From: Ignavibacteriota bacterium
GTDB taxonomy: Bacteria; Bacteroidota; Ignavibacteria; UBA10030
DNA length: 64,000 nucleotides
Assembly: GCA_963701295.1 (NCBI GenBank)
Contig: OY969585.1
Location: 3,488,001 to 3,552,000 of the forward strand
Direction: 5' to 3'
Numbering within the stretch: position 1 is the stretch's first letter; each line of letters starts with the position of its first letter. A model generated the notes under the pieces. That model did no database searches. It saw only the letters and a list, made by a program, of their open reading frames with translations, and was not told where the DNA came from. Made by a program: the position numbers and the translations under genes. This document shows, piece by piece, positions 10,757 through 22,246 of this stretch.

Positions 10757-11548
10757 CTAGTGATGGCCAGGACCGGGAATGATACCGCGTTTGCTACCCG
10801 CAATGAAATTTAAAATATTTTGAATCTCCGGAGTTTGTTCCAACTCTTCTTTGATACGAGCAATTGCCTGTGAGACATTCAATTTTGATCGATACAAGAG
10901 GACATATGCTTTCTCGATAAGATCAATCGCTTTGGGAGAAAAACCGCGTCGGCGGAGACCGACGGTATTCAATCCTTCAAAAACCAATGGTTCCCGACCG
11001 GCACGAATGAACGGCGGAATATCTTTTGGTACTCGATAGCCACCACCGATCATCGTGTGATCTCCGATATGAACGAATTGATGTATCGGTGTCAACCCGC
11101 CAATGATCACCCAATTACCGAGAGTCACATGTCCTGCCAGCGGTACACTGTTTGCAAGTATACAATAATCCCCAATAATACAATCATGTGCAACGTGCGC
11201 ATTTGCCATGAACATGCAATTATTTCCAATGACCGTTTTTCCAGTTTCCACTGTGCCTCGGTTTATTGTAACATATTCACGGATGTCACATCGGTCGCCA
11301 ATTTCCAGGGTTGTAGACTCGCCTTTATATTTTAAATCTTGCGGTGGACCGCCGACAACTGCAAATGAAGCAATTCTGCACTCCTTTCCAAGCCGTGTTC
11401 CACGTTGGATGATAGCGTACGGTGCAACAATTGAGCCATCACCAATGACAACATCATCACCAATGATTGCCGAAGGACCAACGGTAACATTCTCTCCGAG
11501 CTGTGCTTTTTTACTTACCAATGCGAGTGGATCAATAACAACGCCCAT
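10757..11548 (-). CDS. lpxA: UDP-N-acetylglucosamine acyltransferase
   Basis: Hexapeptide repeats, PQDLKY, HVAHDC, GLNTVGLRRRGF. Confidence 0.96.
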   Translation of the reverse strand: MGVVIDPLALVSKKAQLGENVTVGPSAIIGDDVVIGDGSIVAPYAIIQRGTRLGKECRIASFAVVGGPPQDLKYKGESTTLEIGDRCDIREYVTINRGTVETGKTVIGNNCMFMANAHVAHDCIIGDYCILANSVPLAGHVTLGNWVIIGGLTPIHQFVHIGDHTMIGGGYRVPKDIPPFIRAGREPLVFEGLNTVGLRRRGFSPKAIDLIEKAYVLLYRSKLNVSQAIARIKEELEQTPEIQNILNFIAGSKRGIIPGPGHH

Positions 11549-11566
11549 AAATTTTTCTTCTCTGAA

Positions 11567-12997
11567 TTACTTTGATATTCCCGATGTTTTTGTTTTCCCC
11601 TCTTCACGATCAACGACTGCAGCAGTGAACTCACCTTCTGCTACAACATTACCGTCTACAAACGCCTGACCGCGAATCTGCATCACTTTTGATCGACGAG
11701 TCATAACCTGTACTTCGAGGATGAGTTGATCACCTGGCACCACCGGCTTACGAAACTTAACATTGTTGATTGCCATGAAGAAAACTAATTTATTTCCCAG
11801 GTTCTCAACACCGTTCAGCATGAGAACGCCACCAGTTTGCGCAAGCGCTTCGACGATCAAAACGCCAGGCATGATCGGTTGACCGGGGAAGTGACCTTCG
11901 AAGAACGGCTCATTCATCGTTACGTTCTTCACACCAACAACACGCTCATCCATCTGGAAATCAATAATTTTATCTATGAGAAGAAATGGATACCGATGCG
12001 GCAGAATTCTTTGAATAGCGTTGATATCAAAAATAACGCCTTCTTTTTTCTCATGTTGATATTTTCGTACTAGTTTTTTTTGCTGATAGAGCTTCCGTAC
12101 TTTACGAGCAAACTCTATATTCGCCGCGTGTCCTGGTCGCGCCGCAAGAATCTGTGCTTTGATGGGAGCTCCGATGAGTGCCAGATCACCAATCAAGTCA
12201 AGCAGCTTATGCCGTGCTGGCTCATTGCGATAATGAAGTTTTTTATCATTTAACACACCAGAGGAGCCAAGGATCACTGAATGATCAAGGCCAAGTTTAT
12301 GCGTCAGCTTTCTGAGTTCATCATCTGAAAGGTCACGATCCACAATGCATACTGCATTTTCAAGATTCCCACCTTTGATCAAGCCCTGATCGTACAATAT
12401 TTCTACTTCGTGAAGGAAACAAAATGTACGTGCTGAAGAGAATTCCGATACAAATTCTTTTTCAAGATTAAACAACCCAGTATGCTGACTTCCGAGTGCA
12501 GGATTGTTATAGTCAATCATAACGGTCAATCGAAAATCATCAGTCGGCAGTGCAACAATTTCCACTCCGCGTTGTGGATCTTGATAATGGATCACTTGAT
12601 CGATTATAAGATAATCCTTCGGTGCTTCCTGGTCTTCCAATCCGGCATCGAGCAACATATCCACAAAGGGCTTTGAACTGCCATCGCCTATAGGAGGTTC
12701 GATGTTGTCAAGCTCGATCAATATGTTATCCACCTGCAACCCGGCAATAGCAGCGAGAACATGTTCAACAGTGTGCACACGCGCTCCGTCGATGCCAAGC
12801 GTCGTTCCACGTTGGAGATCAACGACATGATCAACATCGGCCGGAATTTCCGGGGAATCATGCAGATCTACACGCCGAAACCTGATTCCATAATTTTCCG
12901 GTGCCGGTTTGAACACCATGGTTGTCGATACTCCTGTATGAAGTCCAACACCGGACATTGTAACAGGTCTCTTAATTGTCATTTGCTGAACAAGCAT
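11567..12997 (-). CDS. lpxC: Bifunctional LpxC-FabZ
   Basis: GVGLHTG, TVEHVL, HKLLDLIGD (LpxC) fused to LPHRYPFLLID, GHFPGQPIMPGVL (FabZ). Confidence 0.96.
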   Translation of the reverse strand: MLVQQMTIKRPVTMSGVGLHTGVSTTMVFKPAPENYGIRFRRVDLHDSPEIPADVDHVVDLQRGTTLGIDGARVHTVEHVLAAIAGLQVDNILIELDNIEPPIGDGSSKPFVDMLLDAGLEDQEAPKDYLIIDQVIHYQDPQRGVEIVALPTDDFRLTVMIDYNNPALGSQHTGLFNLEKEFVSEFSSARTFCFLHEVEILYDQGLIKGGNLENAVCIVDRDLSDDELRKLTHKLGLDHSVILGSSGVLNDKKLHYRNEPARHKLLDLIGDLALIGAPIKAQILAARPGHAANIEFARKVRKLYQQKKLVRKYQHEKKEGVIFDINAIQRILPHRYPFLLIDKIIDFQMDERVVGVKNVTMNEPFFEGHFPGQPIMPGVLIVEALAQTGGVLMLNGVENLGNKLVFFMAINNVKFRKPVVPGDQLILEVQVMTRRSKVMQIRGQAFVDGNVVAEGEFTAAVVDREEGKTKTSGISK

Positions 12998-13011
12998 TCT
13001 TTTCCTCTTAT

Positions 13012-14077
13012 TTATTTTTCTAAAAGTTTTCTTTCGAGTTCTGCGACCTTCTTCTGAAGTGCAGTGAACTCGTGTAACATATCTGGCAGCATCTTCATCG
13101 CAATATATACGCGCTGGGCCTTGCGTGCTTCATCTGCAGGATAACCAAAATATGACTTTCCCGGTTCTTCGATGCTTTTGGGAATTCCCGATTGTGCCAT
13201 AATCACTGTGCGATCGGCAATCTCAATATGTCCGGCGATACCTACCTGTCCGGCAAGCATACAATGCTTCCCGATTTTTGAGCTTCCACTAATTCCGGCC
13301 TGAGCAGCAATGACTGAATGTTCCCCGATAACAACATTGTGTGCAATTTGAACAAGATTGTCTATCTTCACGCCGCTATGGATGTGCGTATCTCCCACGG
13401 TAGCGCGATCGATGGTCGTGTTTGCACCAATTTCCACATCATCATCAATAACAACAATTCCAAGCTGGGGGATTTTTTCGTAAGTCCCGTCTACCTTTGG
13501 AGCAAAACCAAATCCATCCGATCCAATTACTGCTCCGGCATGAAGAATAACCCTGTCGCCAATTTTGCACTGATGATAGACCACAACATTTGGATAGAGT
13601 ATGCATTCAGCACCAACTTGTGCATGATTCCCAATCACGCAACCTGCCCCAATCTTTGTGTTATCACCAATAAGCGCGTGTTCACCAATCACGGCGTGCG
13701 AACCAACAGAGATATTCTTTCCCACGGTCGCATTCGATGGAACGATGGCCGTCGAATGGATCCCGGGCGTAAACAGTTCCACAGTGGGTGTTATGCGTTT
13801 GAGCACATGCAGAAATGCTACATATGGATCCTCAACACGAATAAAGATAAGTGAAGCCCGACCTACATTTTTTTTAAGGTCGAGCTTTCGGGAAACAAGC
13901 ACAGCAGTTGCATGAGTAGGTACCGAGGTGCTTTTCGTACTTCGGGTTGGCAAGAAATGTTAGGCTGCCAGAATCAGCTTCTTCAATTTTTGCAACGCGT
14001 TCAATAGCCGGCGCATTCTCGACGTTATCTCCAATAACCTCGCCACCAAGCCACTCTGCAATCTCATGAATGGTCAT
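13012..14077 (-). CDS. lpxD: UDP-3-O-acylglucosamine N-acyltransferase; split by a 1-bp insertion near 13918
   Basis: N-terminal ORF (…[13 protein letters not shown]) and C-terminal ORF ([17 protein letters not shown]) join if one base is removed. Confidence 0.92.
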
Positions 14078-14089
14078 AAGTCAGTCTTG

Positions 14090-14623
14090 CTATTTTCCGC
14101 TTGATACTGGCACCTTAAGTTTTATATATATTTTCTGCGTCAGGTCATATTTTTCATTTGCGTACATCAGGAGAATGTCACCGCTCTTATCGAAGACATA
14201 ATCGTACCCCTCTTCCTTCGCCACCTCTTGCACTGCTTTGAAAATACGATCTTGCACGGGCTTCATCAGTTCATTTTGTTTCTTAAACAATTCACCATTC
14301 TGTCCAAAATTTTGATTGCGGAAATCGGCGATCTTCTTGTCCATATCCTGTAATTCACGTTCGGCATCCGCACGTCGCTGTTCAGTCATGATAAGCTTTC
14401 GCTTATCATATTCATCGAATTTTTTCTTCCAGTCTTCCTGCATTTTATTGAGCTCTTGCTGCCAATCGGCGACTAATTTATTAAGTTGTGTCTGAGCATC
14501 CACTGCATCCGGAAGCTCTTTTAGAATTGCTTCAGAATTGAAATAGGCAATCTTCATTTGTGCGTTCGCCGGCACAAGAGATAACAATGCCAGGAAAATA
14601 ATAATGCTAAAGAGTTTTTTCAT
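14090..14623 (-). CDS. skp: Skp/OmpH periplasmic chaperone
   Basis: Signal peptide, KIAYFNS, GYDYVFD, YDLT; bamA-lpxD context. Confidence 0.9.
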   Translation of the reverse strand: MKKLFSIIIFLALLSLVPANAQMKIAYFNSEAILKELPDAVDAQTQLNKLVADWQQELNKMQEDWKKKFDEYDKRKLIMTEQRRADAERELQDMDKKIADFRNQNFGQNGELFKKQNELMKPVQDRIFKAVQEVAKEEGYDYVFDKSGDILLMYANEKYDLTQKIYIKLKVPVSSGK

Positions 14624-14665
14624 ATTTTTCTTCTCCCTCTCATGTTCATTGGGAGACACCATCGA

Positions 14666-15232
14666 TTACTTAGTGTCATTGGACTTCGTGGACGCTGGAG
14701 CTGTCGATTCACCTGTCTTCAGCCGATCAATCACTTTATAGGTGAGATCATATTTTGAATCTGCATAAAGAAGATTTGTAGCGGCTTCCAACTTATCAAA
14801 TACAAAGTTGAATTTGCCTTCCTTTGCCACTCTCTCGATAACCTTCATTACTCGCTCCTGAATAGGTGCAAATTTCTTCTCACGCAGCTTCACGGCTTCA
14901 CCTTCACGCTGATCAAACTTCTGATACTGATAATCACGCGCTCTTTGCTGAAGCTCCTGCAAACTTTTTTCCTTATCGGCTTTTACCTTCGGATCAAGCA
15001 ACGCTTGTTTCTTTTGATAATCATCTAACCCATCTTGAAGTTCTTTGCCCATCCTCTCGAGTTCATCCTGCCATATTTTGATGGTAGTCTCAAGATCTTT
15101 CTTCACTTGTTGGGCTTCAGGAAGCTCACGAAGAATAGTCTCAGAATTGACATAGGCAATCTTGACTGATTGTGCCGTACTCATGGATGCAACAAGCATC
15201 ACTAGAACGGCAAGAAAAATGATTTTTTTCAC
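14666..15232 (-). CDS. skp: Skp/OmpH periplasmic chaperone (second paralog)
   Basis: KIAYVNS, FNFVFD, YDLT. Confidence 0.9.
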   Translation of the reverse strand: MKKIIFLAVLVMLVASMSTAQSVKIAYVNSETILRELPEAQQVKKDLETTIKIWQDELERMGKELQDGLDDYQKKQALLDPKVKADKEKSLQELQQRARDYQYQKFDQREGEAVKLREKKFAPIQERVMKVIERVAKEGKFNFVFDKLEAATNLLYADSKYDLTYKVIDRLKTGESTAPASTKSNDTK

Positions 15233-15283
15233 AGTACCCTCTTTTGTTTAAGTGATTAAATATTTAACTACAGTTTTGTTTAT

Positions 15284-17671
15284 TTAAAACGATTTTCCAA
15301 ATTGGAAATGGAATTTCCATCCAGGAGCTGCATCGCCGGGTGTCGCTGCATCAAATCCATAACCATAATCAAAGCCGATGAGACCAATCGGATTAATAAG
15401 CAATCGAACGCCAAATCCCGCTGAGCGACGTAAATCGAGCATATCCATCTTAGAATGATCAAGCCATACATTGCCCGCTTCTGCAAAAAGCAATGTATAG
15501 ATGGGAATAGGATTCAATGTTAATGCAAATCGTAATTCCGTTGTATATTTCATCATCGCTTTACCACCAACATTACCGTTGAATGGACCAATGCTGTGAT
15601 CTTCGTAACCGCGCAGAGGAGTAACAGAAATTTGTCCAAGTCCGGTGCCGCCCATATAGAAAAGATCCTGGTACGGAACGTACCCATTGTTTCCAAATGG
15701 AAAAATAAGCCCAATAGTATTGGAGCTCATGATTGTTACTCGGCCAGAGCTTGTAAGAGGGACATACCAATCGGCGTTCAACATATGCTTGATATATTGC
15801 GCTGCTTGGAGTGCACCGCCAAATTTTGGACCACCGTTAATATCGGTTAATAATGAAAAGCTGGAACCGCGTGCAGGAAAAATCGGACTATCCGTGCTAT
15901 TACGGGAAATGACCTGCGAAATACCAAATTGACTTGTCGTTCCTTCAAGATAGTACATATCATAAGAAGCATTGCCAAGAGAATGATATGTATTTTCCTG
16001 AACACGCAATGTCCAATCGCCGCGGAAATACATATCAGGCCATTTAAATCGACGCCCGATCCTGATCGATGCTCCACGATAGTGTAAGTCAGCATATTGT
16101 GATTGTTGCGTATCGAAGATATTGAATCCGAACAGTGTCGGCGAGTCGAACATCCACGGTTCTGTAAAGCCAATATTGAATGTCCTATAATAACTGCTAA
16201 CGCCGAATTGATAATCCAATGACATTGTTTGACCGGCACCACCGCGAAACGGTTCGCTCAGTGAAAAGTTATTGAACGAAACTCCGAGACCACCGCTAAA
16301 CCCAAACGCGCCACTGTATCCTACAGACATATTGAATGTATCACTGGATTTTTCTTCAACAGTATATTCAAGCTCAACAGTTTTATTATCTTCAATCGGC
16401 CGAACGTCAGGTTTTAATTTTTCAGGATTAAAGTAATTTAACTGCTGCAACTGCCGCAGGCTTCTCATAATTAATTGCCGGCTGAAGTAATCACCTGGCT
16501 TCGTTAACAATTCACGACGAATAACCTTTTCGTACGTCTTCGTGTTTCCGGAAATCAAAACGCGGCCAACACGGAATTGATTCCTTTCATGTATTTGAAG
16601 TGTGATGTCAAGACTATCCTCTCCTACGACCTTCATTTCAGGCTCTACTTGAAAATACAAATATCCATTATCTGAATAGAGAGAGGTTACATCTGATTCT
16701 TCTTCGTTGCGTCGCAAATTTTGTTCGAATTTTTCCTGATTGAATACATCGCCCTGTTTAAACCCGAGCCGTGTACTCAACACATCGGCGGGATACACAG
16801 TGTTTCCTTCCCAGGAAATATTTCGGATAAAAAACTGCCGCCCTTCAGATAAATAGATATTGATGGTTAAATATTTTTTTGTCTTATCATAATTCAACGA
16901 GTCTGAAAGAATTTCAGCATCCCGGAATCCGTTTTTACGGTAGAAAGCAAGGATGAGATCTTTGTCTTCTTGATATTTTTTCTTGTCAAACTTGTTGGTC
17001 TGCCAAAATTTCCACCAAGATCGCTCGTTTGTCTCCTTCATCTCGCTTTTCAGGTCACCATCGTCATATTGTTTGTTGCCATGAAAATGGATATAGTCGA
17101 CCTTCACTTTCGGCCCCTCAGTAATTTCGATTTTCAATGCGACACGACCGGTTGTATCGTTGACTACAACGAGTTTTGGAACAATTTGGGCATTAAGATA
17201 CCCATCGCTATCATACTGATATTTGAGCAAACGAACAACCGTGGAAAGATCCTGTGATGTGATGATTTGACCTTTGACAAGATTGATTTTCTTAAGAACA
17301 TCATCTTCATCTAATTCATCATTTCCGGATACTTCAATGCGTTCTAAACGCGGATTCTCCTTTACTTTTATTAAAAGGAAAACTCCATCCTGAACTCGAT
17401 TTTCTATGAAGATTTGGACATCATCAAACAAGCGAAGATTATGCAATCTTTGAATAGCTAATTTCGTTTGCTCGCCCGGAATTGTGATTTCACTTCCGAC
17501 CTTCAATCCGGTGTTGGCGATGATAGCCGAGGGTTCACCCGAACGCTGTCCTTCTATATTAATGCCGAGGATTTTATAGACTTCTGATTTCGGTTGCTGC
17601 TGTCCAAATAAAGAACTGGATGAAATTATTACCAAGAGAAAGAGGAGGACGAGTTTATTATTTTGCGACAC
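15284..17671 (-). CDS. bamA: Outer membrane protein assembly factor BamA
   Basis: POTRA repeats, LRGY motif, C-terminal FQFGKSF. Confidence 0.95.
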   Translation of the reverse strand: MSQNNKLVLLFLLVIISSSSLFGQQQPKSEVYKILGINIEGQRSGEPSAIIANTGLKVGSEITIPGEQTKLAIQRLHNLRLFDDVQIFIENRVQDGVFLLIKVKENPRLERIEVSGNDELDEDDVLKKINLVKGQIITSQDLSTVVRLLKYQYDSDGYLNAQIVPKLVVVNDTTGRVALKIEITEGPKVKVDYIHFHGNKQYDDGDLKSEMKETNERSWWKFWQTNKFDKKKYQEDKDLILAFYRKNGFRDAEILSDSLNYDKTKKYLTINIYLSEGRQFFIRNISWEGNTVYPADVLSTRLGFKQGDVFNQEKFEQNLRRNEEESDVTSLYSDNGYLYFQVEPEMKVVGEDSLDITLQIHERNQFRVGRVLISGNTKTYEKVIRRELLTKPGDYFSRQLIMRSLRQLQQLNYFNPEKLKPDVRPIEDNKTVELEYTVEEKSSDTFNMSVGYSGAFGFSGGLGVSFNNFSLSEPFRGGAGQTMSLDYQFGVSSYYRTFNIGFTEPWMFDSPTLFGFNIFDTQQSQYADLHYRGASIRIGRRFKWPDMYFRGDWTLRVQENTYHSLGNASYDMYYLEGTTSQFGISQVISRNSTDSPIFPARGSSFSLLTDINGGPKFGGALQAAQYIKHMLNADWYVPLTSSGRVTIMSSNTIGLIFPFGNNGYVPYQDLFYMGGTGLGQISVTPLRGYEDHSIGPFNGNVGGKAMMKYTTELRFALTLNPIPIYTLLFAEAGNVWLDHSKMDMLDLRRSAGFGVRLLINPIGLIGFDYGYGFDAATPGDAAPGWKFHFQFGKSF

Positions 17672-18491
17672 TTTTCTTGAACCTTTCTATAAGTCGTGCT
17701 GAATGACTTTTCTTTAACGGCTGTAATTGTTCACTCACCATACCAAACCGACGTTCACGCTTTTGAAAGTCTTCAATTGCTTCATAAAGATGCTTCCGCC
17801 GAAAGGCAGGCCAAAATTCATCAGAAATATAAATTTCGGAATATGCTAACTGCCAAAGGAGAAAATTACTGATACGCAGTTCACCGCTCGTTCGAATCAG
17901 CAAATCCGGATCTGGAATATCCTTTGTCGAGAGGTATGTTCCGATTACTTCTTCGGTAATCTCCTCTTTCTTCAACACTCCCGTATGAATATCATCATAC
18001 ATCTCTTTGATGGCTTTTATAATATCCCATCGACCGCTGTAGCTCAACGCAAGCACAAGGGTTAAGCCACAATTCTCCCTCATCACTTCCATTGCGTCAC
18101 GCAATTCATTTGATACGTCATCGGGAAGTGCGTTAAATTCTCCAATTACCTGCAATCGGACTTCATTCTGATGAAGCCTGTCCCGTTCATCACGCAACGC
18201 CTTCACTATAAGGCGCATCAGCATGGAAACTTCATCTTGAGGTCGCTTCCAATTCTCAGTGGAGAACGTGTAGAGTGTGAGATATTTTACTCCAAGCTGC
18301 GCGCATGCTTCAACTATATCCCGGACAGAATTGACGCCTTCATTATGACCGGCGATTCTGGGCAACCCATTACGTTTTGCCCAGCGTCCGTTTCCATCCA
18401 TTATTATTGCAATGTGATTCGGTACTAAGCCTCCGGCAATGAGTTGTTCTTGGTTTTTCTTATCAGCTCCCGTTGCCTTGGCTAACGGCAC
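17658..18491 (-). CDS. uppS: Undecaprenyl diphosphate synthase
   Basis: HIAIIMDGNGRWA, FSTENWKRP, IRTSGELRISNFLLWQ. Confidence 0.97.
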   Translation of the reverse strand: MPLAKATGADKKNQEQLIAGGLVPNHIAIIMDGNGRWAKRNGLPRIAGHNEGVNSVRDIVEACAQLGVKYLTLYTFSTENWKRPQDEVSMLMRLIVKALRDERDRLHQNEVRLQVIGEFNALPDDVSNELRDAMEVMRENCGLTLVLALSYSGRWDIIKAIKEMYDDIHTGVLKKEEITEEVIGTYLSTKDIPDPDLLIRTSGELRISNFLLWQLAYSEIYISDEFWPAFRRKHLYEAIEDFQKRERRFGMVSEQLQPLKKSHSARLIERFKKSVAK

Positions 18492-18532
18492 AATTTCTCC
18501 ATTTTTGTAATTATCAAATGAGTATGACTGTA

Positions 18533-18561
18533 AATTTAACCTTTTTTGGAACGATAGTCAA
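18533..18561 (-). promoter_or_regulatory. Putative sigma70 promoter for the uppS-bamA-lpx operon
   Basis: TTGACT-N17-TAAATT on the minus strand. Confidence 0.5.
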
Positions 18562-18618
18562 AAAAAAGCATCTAAAAGAGTAATGAATCGTAAGGTGGAG
18601 GGTACGAATTCAAGTTTC

Positions 18619-18647
18619 TTGACTGCCCCTGTAAAAATGGTTATATT
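18619..18647 (+). promoter_or_regulatory. Putative sigma70 promoter for clpC
   Basis: TTGACT-N17-TATATT. Confidence 0.55.
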
Positions 18648-18743
18648 GATTATGGAAACTTTAATTGCTTATTATAGGTTTATTAAGTAAGAAGTCAGAC
18701 GTCCTTACTGATGGATTCGTTCCGTCTTTGAGGGGAATGAACT

Positions 18744-21251
18744 ATGGAAGGAAATTTTTCAAATAGAGTACAAGATGTGATCCGACTGAGCCGCGAAGAA
18801 GCACTTAGGCTTGGACATGATTATATCGGCACAGAACATCTTCTCTTAGGCATTATCCGAGAAGGCGAAGGCATTGCTGTAAAGATTCTTCGCAATCTCG
18901 GTGTCGATCTCTATAAATTAAAGAAATCAGTTGAGGATACTGTTCGGACTTCGGGTGGAACTCTCACAATCGGTAACATACCTCTGACCAAGCAGGCTGA
19001 AAAAGTTCTCAAGATTACGTATCTCGAGGCAAAGCTTTACAAATCCGATGTCATCGGTACTGAGCATTTATTACTCTCACTTCTCCGTGATGACGACAAC
19101 ATCGCCGCACAGATTATGCACCAGTATAATGTACACTATGATGTAGTTCGAAACGAATTAGACAATATTGTTTCCGGCAGACCCTCATCACCTCCCGGTC
19201 AGCCGCATTCTTCGACAGAAAAGAAACAGGATCGTTCCAAGACTCCGGTGTTAGATAACTTTGGCCGCGATCTTACCAAAATGGCGATTGAAGACAAACT
19301 CGATCCCATCGTAGGGCGAGAAAAAGAAATCGAACGTGTTGCACAAGTACTAAGCCGGCGTAAGAAAAATAATCCTGTACTCATCGGTGAACCTGGTGTA
19401 GGTAAATCCGCAATTGCAGAAGGATTGGCTCTTCGAATCGTTCAGAAGAAAGTATCACGTGTTCTGCACGATAAGCGCGTCGTTACACTTGATCTTGCTG
19501 CCCTGGTAGCTGGCACGAAATATCGCGGTCAGTTTGAAGAGCGGATGAAAGCGGTGATGAACGAACTGGAAAAGGCAAAAGATGTTATTCTTTTCATTGA
19601 TGAGTTGCATACGATCGTTGGTGCTGGCGGTGCAAGCGGTTCCCTCGACGCATCGAATATGTTCAAACCGGCACTGGCTCGGGGCGATCTCCAGTGCATC
19701 GGTGCGACCACACTGGACGAGTATCGGCAATACATAGAGAAAGACGGCGCTCTTGACCGCCGTTTCCAGAAGATCATGGTGGACCCTACCACTGTTGATG
19801 AAACGACGAAGATTCTCCAAAACATTAAGCATAAGTACGAAGAGCATCATGGTGTTCTTTACAGCGAAAAAGCAGTTGACGCGGCGGTTCGTCTCAGTGA
19901 TCGATATATCACCGACCGCTACCTGCCAGACAAAGCCATTGATGTAATGGACGAAGCAGGTGCACGTGTTCATCTCGCAAATATTAAAGTGCCCAAGGAG
20001 ATTCTTCAGCTTGAAGAAGAAATTGAAAAAATCCGGCAATCAAAAAATCAAGTGGTAAAAAATCAAAACTTTGAGGAAGCTGCGCGTCTGCGTGATCTGG
20101 AAAAGAAACTGCTGAGCGACTTAGAAATTGCAAAACGAGAATGGGAGTTGAAAGCTCGTGACACCGTATATGACGTGAACGAAGAAGATTGTGCAGCGGT
20201 TGTTTCAATGATGACCAATATCCCGGTGCAGAAAGTCGCGCAAAGCGAATCTGAAAAACTGTTGAAGATGGAAGAAGCACTCGGAGAGATGGTTGTTGGA
20301 CAGGAAGAAGCTATTTCCAAACTGACAAAAGCAATTCGACGTGCTCGAGCCGGCTTAAAAGATCCGAAGCGTCCTATAGGATCCTTCATCTTCCTCGGTC
20401 CTACGGGCGTTGGAAAGACCGAAATGGCAAAGGCTCTTGCCCGATATCTGTTCGATTCGGATGAAGCTCTCATTCGCATCGATATGAGCGAATACATGGA
20501 GAAATTTGCAGTCTCGCGTCTTGTCGGTGCTCCTCCGGGTTATGTTGGATACGAGGAAGGTGGCCAACTGACCGAAAAGGTTCGTCGAAAGCCATATTCT
20601 GTGGTTTTGTTAGATGAAATCGAGAAGGCTCACCCAGATGTATTCAACATCCTTTTGCAAGTTCTGGATGATGGCGTCCTTACTGACAGTCTCGGGCGTC
20701 GTGTCGATTTTAAGAATACAATCTTGATCATGACATCAAACCTCGGTTCGCGGGATATCAAAGTTACAGGCGGATTGGGTTTCGGCACGAACACACAGGA
20801 AGATAAATACAAAGCGATGAAATCCGGCATCGAAGATGCACTGAAGAGGGTTTTCAATCCGGAATTCCTCAATAGAGTTGATGACACCCTCATTTTCCAT
20901 CAGCTTGAACGCTCACATATCTACAAAATTATTGACATAGCAGCGAAAGACCTCTTCAGCCGTATGACGTCGATGGGCATTTCCATTGAGCTGACTCAGG
21001 AAGCAAAAGATTTTCTCGCTGAAAAAGGATATGATCCCGCGTTTGGCGCACGTCCGCTCCGCCGAGCAGTGATGAAGTATATTGAAGATCCACTTGCCGA
21101 AGAAATATTGAAAGGAACATACATACATGGCAATGTGGTACGTGCAAAGTTTGATAAGAACAAAGAAGAGCTCTTCTTTGTTGACGCAGCGAAAGATATT
21201 GAAGACGATCAACTGAAAGAACACGGCGAAGAAATCGTCGGTACGAAATAG
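18744..21251 (+). CDS. clpC: ATP-dependent Clp protease ATPase subunit ClpC
   Basis: Two Clp-N repeats, two AAA modules ([16 protein letters not shown]), UVR coiled coil, LGF ClpP-docking loop. Confidence 0.95.
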   Translation: MEGNFSNRVQDVIRLSREEALRLGHDYIGTEHLLLGIIREGEGIAVKILRNLGVDLYKLKKSVEDTVRTSGGTLTIGNIPLTKQAEKVLKITYLEAKLYKSDVIGTEHLLLSLLRDDDNIAAQIMHQYNVHYDVVRNELDNIVSGRPSSPPGQPHSSTEKKQDRSKTPVLDNFGRDLTKMAIEDKLDPIVGREKEIERVAQVLSRRKKNNPVLIGEPGVGKSAIAEGLALRIVQKKVSRVLHDKRVVTLDLAALVAGTKYRGQFEERMKAVMNELEKAKDVILFIDELHTIVGAGGASGSLDASNMFKPALARGDLQCIGATTLDEYRQYIEKDGALDRRFQKIMVDPTTVDETTKILQNIKHKYEEHHGVLYSEKAVDAAVRLSDRYITDRYLPDKAIDVMDEAGARVHLANIKVPKEILQLEEEIEKIRQSKNQVVKNQNFEEAARLRDLEKKLLSDLEIAKREWELKARDTVYDVNEEDCAAVVSMMTNIPVQKVAQSESEKLLKMEEALGEMVVGQEEAISKLTKAIRRARAGLKDPKRPIGSFIFLGPTGVGKTEMAKALARYLFDSDEALIRIDMSEYMEKFAVSRLVGAPPGYVGYEEGGQLTEKVRRKPYSVVLLDEIEKAHPDVFNILLQVLDDGVLTDSLGRRVDFKNTILIMTSNLGSRDIKVTGGLGFGTNTQEDKYKAMKSGIEDALKRVFNPEFLNRVDDTLIFHQLERSHIYKIIDIAAKDLFSRMTSMGISIELTQEAKDFLAEKGYDPAFGARPLRRAVMKYIEDPLAEEILKGTYIHGNVVRAKFDKNKEELFFVDAAKDIEDDQLKEHGEEIVGTK

Positions 21252-21271
21252 TTATTCTTATTTCTCAGAAT

Positions 21272-21301
21272 GAAATCCCTCGGCATAAACCGGGGGATTT
21301 C
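21272..21301 (+). terminator. Hairpin after clpC
   Basis: GAAATCCCTCGG-cataaa-CCGGGGGATTTC followed by TATTTT. Confidence 0.6.
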
Positions 21302-21351
21302 TATTTTCGCTATTTGTGCAATCTATCACCTGCGAACAATCTGTGTAAACA

Positions 21352-21936
21352 GTGAAATCATACATCCTCTTTTACAAGCCGTATGGCGTCCTGTCCCAGT
21401 TTACTCGAGAAAAAAATCACAAAGCACTCTGCGATTTCGGTCCATTTCCAAAAGATGTATATGCTGCAGGAAGATTAGATGCCGATAGCGAAGGCCTTCT
21501 TTTCCTCACAAACGATACTGCTGTCAATCATCAACTGACTGATCCAAAATTCGAGCATGAAAGAACGTATATTGTTCAAATCGAGGGAATTCCAGATAAT
21601 GACGACCTCGCACAGTTAAGCAGCGGAGTTGTTCTTGAAGCAAAACGCACGAAACCAGCAATTGTGCGATTATTAGATCACGAACCTGACTTCCCTCCAC
21701 GTGCCGTGCCAATTCGATTTAGAAAAAACGTTCCGACAGCGTGGCTGGAAATGACACTACGCGAAGGACGCAATCGGCAAATAAGAAAAATGACAGCAGC
21801 AGTTGGCTATCCCACCTTACGACTTATCCGTACATCGATAGCTTTCCTTACTCTAAAAGAATTGCATCCTTGTGAACACCGCGAGTTGACCCCTGAGGAA
21901 ATTGAAAAGTTACACATTCTGCTTCTGATTTCTTAA
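21352..21936 (+). CDS. rluE: rRNA pseudouridine synthase (RluE-like)
   Basis: KPYGVLSQF, AGRLDADSEGL, EGRNRQIRKMTAAVG; no S4 domain. Confidence 0.85.
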   Translation: MKSYILFYKPYGVLSQFTREKNHKALCDFGPFPKDVYAAGRLDADSEGLLFLTNDTAVNHQLTDPKFEHERTYIVQIEGIPDNDDLAQLSSGVVLEAKRTKPAIVRLLDHEPDFPPRAVPIRFRKNVPTAWLEMTLREGRNRQIRKMTAAVGYPTLRLIRTSIAFLTLKELHPCEHRELTPEEIEKLHILLLIS

Positions 21937-21988
21937 GCCAACCATCCACAAATATTTTCGGTCGTATAAGTCTGACTTGAAGAGGGGG

Positions 21989-22075
21989 AAAAAAAACCCC
22001 GACGCACTACCAGACGCCGGGGTTAGGGAGGCTATCGAACTACCCACCGTTGGGGAGCGGCAAGTAATTCAAATA
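21989..22075 (-). ncRNA. Candidate ECF-sigma-dependent small RNA
   Basis: GGAACC-N16-CGTT at 22105-22080, about 85 nt of ORF-less sequence, then a GC hairpin and U-run terminator at 22024-21989. Confidence 0.45.
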
Positions 22076-22246
22076 TAATAACGAATCGTATATGGAAAAG
22101 GTTCCCAAAATAATTCAAATATTATTGTATTTAAAGTGTAAAAGAATAGAATTTTTTACTAATATAAATTGAGGTTTTCGCGATACTGAAGAAATAATGG
22201 TAGAATTAAAATTCGACATTCTACTGGCAATCCAGTCTCAAGTTCT

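Noticed and set aside
11567-15232. LpxC-FabZ fusion and duplicated skp as novelties
   Set aside because: Both are well known in Bacteroidota/Chlorobi-related lineages.
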